Program-made: the position numbers and the translations under genes
Notes under the pieces: generated by a model
Database searches by the model: none
Told to the model about the DNA's origin: nothing
The model's input: only the letters and a program-made list of their open reading frames with translations
Assembly: GCA_963767735.1 (NCBI GenBank)
Contig: CAVYES010000005.1
Location: 529,103-593,102 of the forward strand
DNA length: 64,000 bases
Direction of reading: 5' to 3'
Origin: Candidatus Bathyarchaeota archaeon
GTDB lineage: Archaea; Thermoproteota; Bathyarchaeia; Bathyarchaeales; Bathycorpusculaceae
Shown here: positions 33,825 to 42,545 of the stretch, piece after piece
How positions within the stretch are numbered: position 1 is the first letter of the stretch
How the letters are laid out: the number at the start of each line of letters is the position of its first letter

Positions 33825-34055
33825 ATGAGTAATCAAGCCACAGTGACAGCAAAAATTCCTATTGAGCTAAAAAAGAAGCTCTCCAAACTTGGCGTAAACG
33901 TAAGTGAATTTACGCGGGAAGCACTGCAAAAGGAAGTAGCCCGTCTAGAACGAGACAGACGCAGAAAACTCGTTGAAGAAGCAAGCGAAATTCTCCAAAA
34001 AATTCCTGCCGAAGAATTAGTTGAAGCCGTTCGTGCAGGCAGGGAAAGCCGTTGA
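33825..34055 (+). CDS. vapB: RHH antitoxin (VapB/CcdA-like)
   Basis: VTAKIPIELKKK...VNVSEFTREAL; overlaps the PIN gene. Confidence 0.85.
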   Translation: MSNQATVTAKIPIELKKKLSKLGVNVSEFTREALQKEVARLERDRRRKLVEEASEILQKIPAEELVEAVRAGRESR

Positions 34056-34477
34056 TGAAGTGTTCCCTACTTTTCGATGCGAGTAGCATCTTCACACTTG
34101 TCAGAGAATCGCCAGGTTATGCTTCAGATAAGCTTGTAGAGGGCTCAACCATATCCTTGGTTTACTACGAATTAGGTAACGCAACTTGGCGAGAATGTTT
34201 TTTGTTGAAAAAGATGAGTCGGCAAGAAGCAGAAAAATTGTTAAGAGCGATGTTTGAGATTCTTCAAGACATGGATGTGATTCCGCTTAAAGACGAAGAT
34301 GAAGGCATCGCCGTTTTAGATAAAGCTTGCAAATTTAACCTTACCTACTACGATTCTGCATATGTTGCTGAAGCACTCAGTTCAAAGAAAATATTGGTCA
34401 CCGACGACAAGAAACTTGCTAAAGCGGCTGAAAACGCAGGGGTAAAAACCTTAACCGGCAGAGACCTCACCAAATAA
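34052..34477 (+). CDS. vapC: PIN-domain toxin
   Basis: FDASS, YELGNA, LTYYDSAY and LVTDD. Confidence 0.9.
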   Translation: MMKCSLLFDASSIFTLVRESPGYASDKLVEGSTISLVYYELGNATWRECFLLKKMSRQEAEKLLRAMFEILQDMDVIPLKDEDEGIAVLDKACKFNLTYYDSAYVAEALSSKKILVTDDKKLAKAAENAGVKTLTGRDLTK

Positions 34478-34528
34478 ATCGGCTTCGTAAGTTACCTTAT
34501 AAGCAGATTCTACCTATCCAATATTAAA

Positions 34529-34933
34529 GTGGTTTGCATGAATGCTGCGCTTGCTTTCGTCATTGGGGTTTTAGTAGCTATAGGGGTACTTCTCTTGATT
34601 GCAGCGTTTTCAGGAATAGCGTTTTATGGGGTAGCTGTTCCTGCTGAAGGCTCTCTTGCAGCGACTCTCTTTGTCGTAGCATTAATTATAGCGTTGATAT
34701 TTTATGCGGGGATAAAGGCTCAGTTTAGGCGGGTAAAAACAGGCAAAGAAGCCTTAATCGGCGCCAGAGGCATAGCCACAACTGACCTAAAACCTAAAGG
34801 TGAAGTCCGCGTTATGGGCGAGTTTTGGGAAGCCACCGCCAAAGACGCGACAATAACTGCTGGCCAAGCAGTGGAAGTTGTAAGCATGGACGGCGTATAC
34901 CTTGTGGTTAAACCAGCCGAGCAAAAAGCTTAA
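34529..34933 (+). CDS. nfeD: NfeD family protein (short form)
   Basis: TM helices plus KTGKEALIG..G.V...GEFWEA. Confidence 0.85.
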   Translation: MVCMNAALAFVIGVLVAIGVLLLIAAFSGIAFYGVAVPAEGSLAATLFVVALIIALIFYAGIKAQFRRVKTGKEALIGARGIATTDLKPKGEVRVMGEFWEATAKDATITAGQAVEVVSMDGVYLVVKPAEQKA

Positions 34934-34972
34934 CTCTTCAGAGCGCAGAATACTTACTGAAGGGTGAATTAA

Positions 34973-35842
34973 ATGTCAGAAGTTGTAGCTGGTGTTATTG
35001 GGTTCATAGTTTTAGTAGTTGTACTTTTCGTGTTAAGCGGCATTCGTGTTTTGAAAGAGTGGCAGCGAATGCCAGTTTTAAGGCTCGGACGCTACATTGG
35101 CTTGAAGGGTCCCGGCATCATCTATCTTATTCCTTTAATTGACAGGGCACCGCTGACAATCTCCACAAGATTAGATACTATACAATTCCGCACTGAGTCA
35201 ACTTTAACCAAAGACAACGTTCCAGTGAACGTTGATTCAGTTTTATACATGAAGCCCGTGGATTTAGAGAAGGCAGTGTTGCAAGTTGAAAACTACTATC
35301 AAGCTACGCAATTGGCGTCTCAAACAACCCTGCGGGAAGTCATCGGTAAACAAAGCCTCAACGAGTTACTGGCTGAACGAGAAAAAGTCGGGGCTAAATT
35401 GCGAGAAATCATCGATGAAAAAACTGAGGCATGGGGAATCAAAGTCACCTCCGTCGAAGTTCGAGATGTTATAATACCAAGCAATCTGCAAGACGCCATG
35501 AGCCGCCAAGCGCAAGCTGAACGGGAACGTATAGCAAGAGTTACGTTAGCCACAGCAGAGTTTGAAGCGTCACAAAAAATGATTGAAGCAGCAAAAGCCT
35601 ACGAGGCAAGCCCAGACGGACTAAGACTCAGATGGATGAACATACTCTACGAGTTAGGCCAACAATCACAAACAAACACAATCATGCTAGTGCCCGCAGT
35701 CATGCCGGAAGCAGGCTGGCCACCAGTCGGAACCTACGGCTTCAAAGACCTAACTAACGCACAACAAGCACAGGCAGCAAAGAAGAAATCAATGGCACCA
35801 CAACCACCGCCTCAACAACCGCCATCTGAACAACAATATTAA
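34973..35842 (+). CDS. SPFH/stomatin-like protein
   Basis: RLGRY, TKDNVPV, QTTLREVIG, QAQAERERIA. Confidence 0.93.
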   Translation: MSEVVAGVIGFIVLVVVLFVLSGIRVLKEWQRMPVLRLGRYIGLKGPGIIYLIPLIDRAPLTISTRLDTIQFRTESTLTKDNVPVNVDSVLYMKPVDLEKAVLQVENYYQATQLASQTTLREVIGKQSLNELLAEREKVGAKLREIIDEKTEAWGIKVTSVEVRDVIIPSNLQDAMSRQAQAERERIARVTLATAEFEASQKMIEAAKAYEASPDGLRLRWMNILYELGQQSQTNTIMLVPAVMPEAGWPPVGTYGFKDLTNAQQAQAAKKKSMAPQPPPQQPPSEQQY

Positions 35843-35953
35843 GCAACTTTTTTCTTTTTTTTCCTTTGGCGTATTTCAGCAGGCTTAAGTTTATTGAATT
35901 GTAACTGAAAAAGAAGAGTTTTTGGCTTTTTTATCGGGGAGCCATGATAGCAG

Positions 35954-36991
35954 TTATGCTTGTCCGTTTGGAGTTGCTTTTACTGCTTTCACTGTTTGTT
36001 CCAGTAAAAGTTGAGCTGCTTCTTGGCTGGGCCAACCGCATAAACCGCAGTCTGGACCTGTAAAAGTCATTTTGTCGCCGTATTTTTCTTTGGCAGCTTT
36101 GTATCTTTTCTTTATTGTTTCTTGTGGCTCCACTAATTGCCTGGCTGAAGGTTTAGCGATGCCCTTCTCAATGAGTTCGGCTAAGATGCTGTCGATGTCC
36201 GTTCTGGAAACGCCAACCCTGATTTGCTTATTCGCCTTCTCAAGCATACTTTTGGGAACTGCTTCAATGTTGCTTGGCGAAGCCGCATATTCAAACGATA
36301 GCACATCTAGGTTTTTGACGCCAAGCAAATCATGCACTCCTGAAGCTGAATGCAAATGAATCTGCCGTGTGACTCCTTGAAAATCAAATGCTTTCTCAAG
36401 CACCCCGCAAATCAGGTCAGGTGCAGCTTGGATGTTGTTGAAGCCGAAGCTTGGCTCATCAATAGAAACCACTTTGGTTTCAATGAATTTGTTGTTTAAG
36501 AGGGCGTTTTTTGCAAACCTCCTAATTGTCTCCGCAAACCCGTCAAGCACGTCAGGGTAAGCTGTTTTTCCAATCTCATGCAAATACTGCTCGAGGGGAC
36601 CAAAAATTGAAACGCGCAACTGAATTTTTTTGCCGCACTCTTCGCTAAGGACTTTGGCTTGCTGATCGATTAAGTGCACTTCAGGCAAAACCGCTTTGTC
36701 TTGGTCAACAATAAAGGAGCCATTCGCCATTGCCAGATGGATTACATCGCCGACCTGCATTAACCCATCGTAGTGTTGAGGAAAATTAACCACATCTAAA
36801 CCAGAAGCAACTTTTTTCCTAAATGAATCAAGCACAATATTGCAGAAATTGCTTCGTAAAAAGTCATCTTTCGTTATGTCCTTGCCTTGGAAGATTGCTT
36901 CCCTTGCAAGCTGATACGCCTTGCTAAAGCTTTCTTTTCCAACTCCGAACGGCAGCGGGAAACTGCCTATGTCGTCAACCAAAGTCTCCAT
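35954..36991 (-). CDS. Core (folate-independent) methionine synthase, MesC-like
   Basis: DDIGSFPLP, IDEPS, IHLH, FEY and GPDCGL. Confidence 0.75.
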   Translation of the reverse strand: METLVDDIGSFPLPFGVGKESFSKAYQLAREAIFQGKDITKDDFLRSNFCNIVLDSFRKKVASGLDVVNFPQHYDGLMQVGDVIHLAMANGSFIVDQDKAVLPEVHLIDQQAKVLSEECGKKIQLRVSIFGPLEQYLHEIGKTAYPDVLDGFAETIRRFAKNALLNNKFIETKVVSIDEPSFGFNNIQAAPDLICGVLEKAFDFQGVTRQIHLHSASGVHDLLGVKNLDVLSFEYAASPSNIEAVPKSMLEKANKQIRVGVSRTDIDSILAELIEKGIAKPSARQLVEPQETIKKRYKAAKEKYGDKMTFTGPDCGLCGWPSQEAAQLLLEQTVKAVKATPNGQA

Positions 36992-37061
36992 AAAGTATTA
37001 TTGACTCAAGGAATTCTATTAAAGCTAATCCCACCTTTAAACCACTAAAAGGATTGATTTT

Positions 37062-37451
37062 ATGTCTGAATGTGTATTTTGCCAGATAATCCGCAAAGAA
37101 GCTCCTGCAAGCATAGTTTACGAGGATGCGCAAGTGGTGGCTTTTTTGAGTAATCGCCCGGTTAATGTTGGGCATACGCTTGTGGCTCCGAAAAAGCATT
37201 ACGAGAACATTTACGAGATTCCAGAGGAAGAAGCAGCTTACCTGTTTAGGATAGTTACAAAAATAGCCCGCGCCGTTAAAGATGCAACAGGCATTGAAGG
37301 CATAAGGATAGTGCAGAACAACGGGAAAGACGCTGGGCAAGTCATTTTCCACTTGCATGTCCATATTATTCCCATGAACCCCACCAGTCAGATTCTTCAT
37401 GAACATGGATTCCGAACTGCTGAACTGTTGAAAGGGACGCTGAAAAAATAA
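37062..37451 (+). CDS. hit: HIT family hydrolase
   Basis: CVFC, GHTLV, AGQVIFHLHVHIIP. Confidence 0.92.
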   Translation: MSECVFCQIIRKEAPASIVYEDAQVVAFLSNRPVNVGHTLVAPKKHYENIYEIPEEEAAYLFRIVTKIARAVKDATGIEGIRIVQNNGKDAGQVIFHLHVHIIPMNPTSQILHEHGFRTAELLKGTLKK

Positions 37452-37684
37452 AACAGCACTTACCTCTTTTTTAGGCGCATAGCCATGGGCTAAGCAGTGC
37501 CCTGCTGCCTTCAATTTAGCTGGAAGAATCATCAAGCAAAATTGATAGCCCTACCGCCTTTGGCTCTATTTCTAAATGCAGAAGCACAAGCTTGCCAACC
37601 AATCATTAACTTAAAACTGGTTTTTACGGGCACACCTATAAAAGAGGGAAAAACAACATTGCTTTATTCAAAAGCTGGATAAAC

Positions 37685-38029
37685 ATGACTCAACCCCCAA
37701 ACGAGCAAAACAACAATCCCCAATCAGCACCCCAAATAGAAAAACTTTTAGTCGATGATCCCGCCCACTTCCAGTTTCACGCCGCCTACATGGTTTACTC
37801 AGACACCTTTGACGCAGTGTCCGAGGCACAGGCGAAAAAGGAGCTAAACCAGAACCTTGAAGATTTAAAAGCAAACAAAATCGACTACGAAACATTCTAC
37901 GTAAATATTTCGCACTACCGAAAACTAGACATGCCCCGCCAAGAAAGATTCTCGATGCAGACTCAGCGAAAGAAAGACTGGCGCAAAAAAACGCAGAGAC
38001 AAGAAAGAATAAAAAGGCACAAAAAATAA
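37685..38029 (+). CDS. Hypothetical protein with basic C-terminus
   Basis: 114-aa ORF. Confidence 0.65.
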   Translation: MTQPPNEQNNNPQSAPQIEKLLVDDPAHFQFHAAYMVYSDTFDAVSEAQAKKELNQNLEDLKANKIDYETFYVNISHYRKLDMPRQERFSMQTQRKKDWRKKTQRQERIKRHKK

Positions 38030-38243
38030 AACATACTCCTTGTTTCATCCCGATTATTTCAGTAATCTTAAGCTAACTAAACGCTAAACAGTTTAGGCAG
38101 AGACTATTTTTTATTGTTTTTTGTTCTTTAATGTTTTATTGCTCAGGTTTAAGTTTAAACATGTTTAAACAGTTCATAGGGAAGTTTTATCTACAAAGCA
38201 TCTGTTTCAACAGGTTTATAACCTGAAAAATGGAGCAAAATTC

Positions 38244-39005
38244 ATGCCCAAATTTAGAGCTTTTGATGTTGCAGTCATTGGGATATGTGCGGCGCTTTAC
38301 GCTGCGGTTGGATATCTAACAGCTGGAGTGACTTTTCTCGGTGTTGCTTTTTTACCAGCTGTTGTTATACCGGCCGTTTTTGCTGTATTATTCGGACCGT
38401 GGGTTGGGGGGTTCGGTGGTGCAATCGGCATTTTCATAAGGGACATGCTTGCCATTGGGATTCCAGCTTTAAGTTTAGCCGCTGGCGTTCCACCAAACTT
38501 CATACTCTTCTTCCTAATTGGCTACTTAGCTCACAGAAATATTGACCTGAAAAAAACCGTGATAGTTTTGACGGCGGCTGGTGTAGCATTAATCGTCCCG
38601 ACAGCGATTTTTCTACCTCAGGTTGAATCATACACTGGATTATCAAGCTTGGAATTAGCCCTCGTTTTTTCTTTTACCGTGGTACTAAGTTTGGCGGCCA
38701 TCGCTGTGGTCTCTGTGCGTTGGAAACAATGGAGAAGTTTCGCAATAGGGGCTGTTGTAGCGCAAGCCGCAGGGGCTGGCTTGCTTTCGGTTACTGTATG
38801 GGCGGTCAGTCCACTTTTTCTGTCTTACTTCGGAAAGCCTTTTCCTATTACTTGGGTTCTTCCGCTCTTCGTCTGGACTTTCGCAACTGAAATCCCATTT
38901 ATACTGCTTGTTGGACCGCCATTAATCAATGCGAGCTACAGGGCGTTTCCCAGCCTTAGCCAAAGACAAATGGAAAGCCAGAAAAAGGGCGAAAATGTTG
39001 CTTGA
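38244..39005 (+). CDS. ECF transporter S-component-like membrane protein
   Basis: AALYAA...PAVVIPAVFAVLFGPWVGGFGGAIGIFIRD. Confidence 0.75.
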   Translation: MPKFRAFDVAVIGICAALYAAVGYLTAGVTFLGVAFLPAVVIPAVFAVLFGPWVGGFGGAIGIFIRDMLAIGIPALSLAAGVPPNFILFFLIGYLAHRNIDLKKTVIVLTAAGVALIVPTAIFLPQVESYTGLSSLELALVFSFTVVLSLAAIAVVSVRWKQWRSFAIGAVVAQAAGAGLLSVTVWAVSPLFLSYFGKPFPITWVLPLFVWTFATEIPFILLVGPPLINASYRAFPSLSQRQMESQKKGENVA

Positions 39006-39958
39006 CCACGAAGTTATGACCGCTAAAGCCTTTGCTCCGGCGGCGATTTCCAGCTTCTTTGAAATCCACGACACCGAAGGCAACAAACCGATTGTTGATT
39101 TGGAAAAAATAGGTGCCAGAGGCGGAGGATTTGGCCTTCAAAAAGGCGTCTTAACCAAAGTAACTGTCGGAGAAGCAGAAAAAAGACAGCGTTAAAGTTT
39201 TCATCAATTCCAAACCTGCCTTAGAAGCCAAAACAACAAGGAAAGTAATCGAAATTCTTCTGAGCAAAAAAACCACGAAATACGATGTTACAGTTGAACA
39301 TCAAATTGAGGTTCCTATCGGAACAGGGTTTGGCACAAGCGCGGGTGGAGCATTAACTGTAGGGTTAGCGCTTAAAGAAGCACTGAATTTACCTTTAACC
39401 TACAACCAAATTGGTAAAATTGCTCATGTGGCTGAAATCGAATGCCAAACAGGATTAGGCACAGTTAGCTCCTTAACATTCACTGGCGGTTGCGTACTAG
39501 TTGTGGAACCAGGCGCGCCTGGCATTTGCCAACTTGATCGCATACCTATAACACCTGACTACATGGTTGTGGCTGGCTTTTTCGAATCAAGCATCCCCAA
39601 AAAAACAGTGCTAACAGACCCTGAAAAGAAACCCGTAATTAACCACTATGGGAAGGAAACCTTAGAGGCAATTCTTGCTGAGCCTAGCTTAGAGAATTTT
39701 CTCGATTGTTGCTGGAATTTTTCTGAAAAGACAGGCTTAGCAACAGATAACACTCGTCAGCTGGTCAAATTGGCAAAGAAGGCTGGCGCAGTCGGTGCAG
39801 CCCAAAACATGATCGGCGAAGCGGTACATGCGTTGGTGCTTAACGAAAACGCTAGTGCGGTAGCAGAAGCTTTTAAGGAGGTTTTACCCTCTGAAAAAGT
39901 GTTGGTGAGCAAAATTGATTTTCAAGGCGTTAGGCTGGTAGGGCATGAAAAAATATGA
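38995..39958 (+). CDS. Pantoate kinase (GHMP family), frameshift near 39185
   Basis: AFAPAAISSFF, GARGGG, PIGTGFGTSAG, AEIECQTGLG and QNMIGEAV. Confidence 0.88.
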
Positions 39959-40430
39959 GAAAGTGGCGGTTGGCGGAACATTTGACAAGCTGCATAGAGG
40001 ACACAAAGCCCTTCTGAGTAAAGCCTTTGAAATTGGCGAAAAAGTTGTGATTGGCTTATCTTCAGACGATTTTGTCTCAAAAATGGGTAAACCCCATATA
40101 ACTGCAACTTACGCCGAGAGATTGAAAGAATTACAAGTTTTCTTAGAAAAAAATGGCTTGCTTAAAAGGGCAGAAATCGTCGCACTAAAAGACCCTTATG
40201 GTCTCACTATATCAGGTAAGGGATTAGACGCTTTAGTCGTTAGTAAAGAAACAGAATCAATAGCTGATAAAATAAACAAAATCCGAGTTGAAGCAGGGCT
40301 CCCAACATTAAAAATTATTACTATTGGCATGGTTCCGGCGGAAAACTGCAACCCAATCTCCACCACGCGGATTAGAAGTGGAGAAATCGACCGAAACGGT
40401 CACGTGCTCAAGAGCACGCAAAAAAAGTAA
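39945..40430 (+). CDS. coaD: Phosphopantetheine adenylyltransferase, archaeal type
   Basis: VGGTFDKLHRGH, DPYG, VVSKET and ISTTRIR. Confidence 0.9.
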   Translation: MKKYEKVAVGGTFDKLHRGHKALLSKAFEIGEKVVIGLSSDDFVSKMGKPHITATYAERLKELQVFLEKNGLLKRAEIVALKDPYGLTISGKGLDALVVSKETESIADKINKIRVEAGLPTLKIITIGMVPAENCNPISTTRIRSGEIDRNGHVLKSTQKK

Positions 40431-40439
40431 TGTTACTTG

Positions 40440-41369
40440 TTATAATATTTCTCCTACAACATTGATTGGTTTACTGATTGATGATTTTAAATCCTCAAGG
40501 TTCTCTTTGGCTACAGTTACGAGCACTACCGTGGCTGGACCAGCAGACTTGTTTAAATCAAGTTCTTTCACTTCAGCAAGTTTCAATTGTCTGCCAACGG
40601 CATACGCCATCACCCTTGCCTCATCTGCAATGCCGAAAGAGCCGACTGCTGCGATGTCATGAACATACTTTCTCTGAGAAAGCTGAGTTATGCTTTTGAG
40701 GTCAGCAATTTCTCCTTTAGCTTCTGCCAAAATTACTTCGTCACCAACCTTAGGTTTGCCAATGGCAACTATTAAGTCGCCTGGGCTTGTTTTTCCAAGC
40801 CTTAACTCATCTTCGTTTGCAAAACCAATCACCGTCAAGCCGGCGCCAGTTTGAACTGTTTCAAAGTTGTCCTCAGTGTTTTCCATGAGTACTTGGTTAG
40901 GGTCAAGACCTATGCTTCTGGCTTCTCGTCGAATGCCTTCCGATATCTCATTGCCTGTTGGCTCCTTCTCTACGCCTAACGTGACTGATAAGAGAAGAGG
41001 AAACGCCCCTGTCGCTATCACATCCATTAAAGCAACCCTTGCCAGAAACTTTCCCAGCACCCGACCATCAACCTTGACTTTATCCATTATTTTTGGACCT
41101 ACCGCTCCAGACGAGGTTGACCCAGCCACAATAGCGTGGCCCGTGGGAACTTTCAGAATAGCAACATCTCCCCTTCGCGTATAAGATATCTGCGCAGGCT
41201 TCACTTGGAAAACTGTGGGACGCAACATTGTGCCAACGTTCTCTACAAGATGCAGATAAAGGGTTAACGCTTGACGCATAACCTCGGATCGGCTGAGACT
41301 ATGCTTTTTGGCAAGTTCATCTATTTCTGAAACCAGTTTGTCGGGTAAGCGAACGTTTACAATATCCAT
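40440..41369 (-). CDS. RHH domain fused to an alpha-ribazole kinase (CblS/PurM-like) domain
   Basis: VNVRLP...SRSEVMRQAL, then GAVGPK..D, RVALMDVIATGA, EPTG, PKVGDEV and KSAGPAT. Confidence 0.8.
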   Translation of the reverse strand: MDIVNVRLPDKLVSEIDELAKKHSLSRSEVMRQALTLYLHLVENVGTMLRPTVFQVKPAQISYTRRGDVAILKVPTGHAIVAGSTSSGAVGPKIMDKVKVDGRVLGKFLARVALMDVIATGAFPLLLSVTLGVEKEPTGNEISEGIRREARSIGLDPNQVLMENTEDNFETVQTGAGLTVIGFANEDELRLGKTSPGDLIVAIGKPKVGDEVILAEAKGEIADLKSITQLSQRKYVHDIAAVGSFGIADEARVMAYAVGRQLKLAEVKELDLNKSAGPATVVLVTVAKENLEDLKSSISKPINVVGEIL

Positions 41370-41579
41370 CTTTAACCACTTGTAATACGCAAGTTATACG
41401 TTATACCTCTTATGCATTATCAAAAAAGTACCTATTTTCCCTCTTAACTGCATGCAGCACCGAAAATTAGGGATTTAAAAGTCGGTTTCCAACAAAATTT
41501 AATTCTAAGCGAATTAGCGCAAGTGTTATATGCATCATCCAATCAAAATCATGATAATAAAAAACCGTGAGGCATAAAC

Positions 41580-42545
41580 TTGAACAAGAAAATTTTAGCT
41601 TTAGGTCTCCTTTTACTATTAACAACCATGTTCGTATCTTCAATTTCGATGTTACCTGTTAAAGCGCAAGATACGGGAATCGGTAGCTGGATAACTAGCT
41701 ACCAAATCAGCGACTACAATACAGGTAAACTTCTCGCTAGCTACGATTCCACTACAAACACAACCCAGACTCTTTCATCGCCATCTCCGGGAGAAAGCCT
41801 TAAAGTAACTTTCACTGTCAACGTTTTCACCGGTGGTTCCGGCGATCTTTCGCTATCAACTAGCTTGCAATCATTGTTGCAAGGACAATTCTGGCAGCTC
41901 TCAACACAAAGCAGCTACAATTTAGGAAGCGACTTCAGTGCAAGTGCAAATCCAACACGGTTCACTTGGACAGAGGGAACTTTCACTATGACGGTTATCG
42001 GGATAGTTCCAACGCCATCCTCTGATGTACAACAAGCGCCAGTTCATGTCGTTTCATTGTATGGTCCAGATGGCAGTTTACTTGCCCAAATCTCAATAAC
42101 CGCGGTCGGTTCACAAATGGCTGCTTTTCTGACATTGTATAGCCAAAAAAATTCGGAGTTAAATCGGCTTATATCCTCTGGAACTAATTCAGGATACATT
42201 CAACTTTATACAAGTGTTCTTAATGAGTCTCAGAATGTTGCTAACGCAGGGGATGTTGCCGACGCTTCCGCAATGCTTAACGATTTGAATGGCGCTAATG
42301 CTCCGCCAACCTCCGCATCGCAAGTACTGTTCATTCCACTAATTGTTGTCGTGGCGGTTATTGCAGCTGTTTTCGCGTTCTTGTTCATGAGGATAAGAGG
42401 TAAAGTCAGCTACTTCCAACTAGTTGTTGAAGATCAAATCAAGGATTTAGAGGGCTTGACGTTGAGAGCTTCAAAGATTGATAGAACAATGTCGTCCAAC
42501 TTGGAGTCGGTTAAAGATAGACTGAAAAGATTAGTCGGGATGTGA
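41580..42545 (+). CDS. Secreted single-pass membrane protein with cytoplasmic helical tail
   Basis: Signal peptide, Ser/Thr-rich ectodomain and TM (FIPLIVVVAVIAAVFAFLF); overlaps the next gene. Confidence 0.8.
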   Translation: MNKKILALGLLLLLTTMFVSSISMLPVKAQDTGIGSWITSYQISDYNTGKLLASYDSTTNTTQTLSSPSPGESLKVTFTVNVFTGGSGDLSLSTSLQSLLQGQFWQLSTQSSYNLGSDFSASANPTRFTWTEGTFTMTVIGIVPTPSSDVQQAPVHVVSLYGPDGSLLAQISITAVGSQMAAFLTLYSQKNSELNRLISSGTNSGYIQLYTSVLNESQNVANAGDVADASAMLNDLNGANAPPTSASQVLFIPLIVVVAVIAAVFAFLFMRIRGKVSYFQLVVEDQIKDLEGLTLRASKIDRTMSSNLESVKDRLKRLVGM

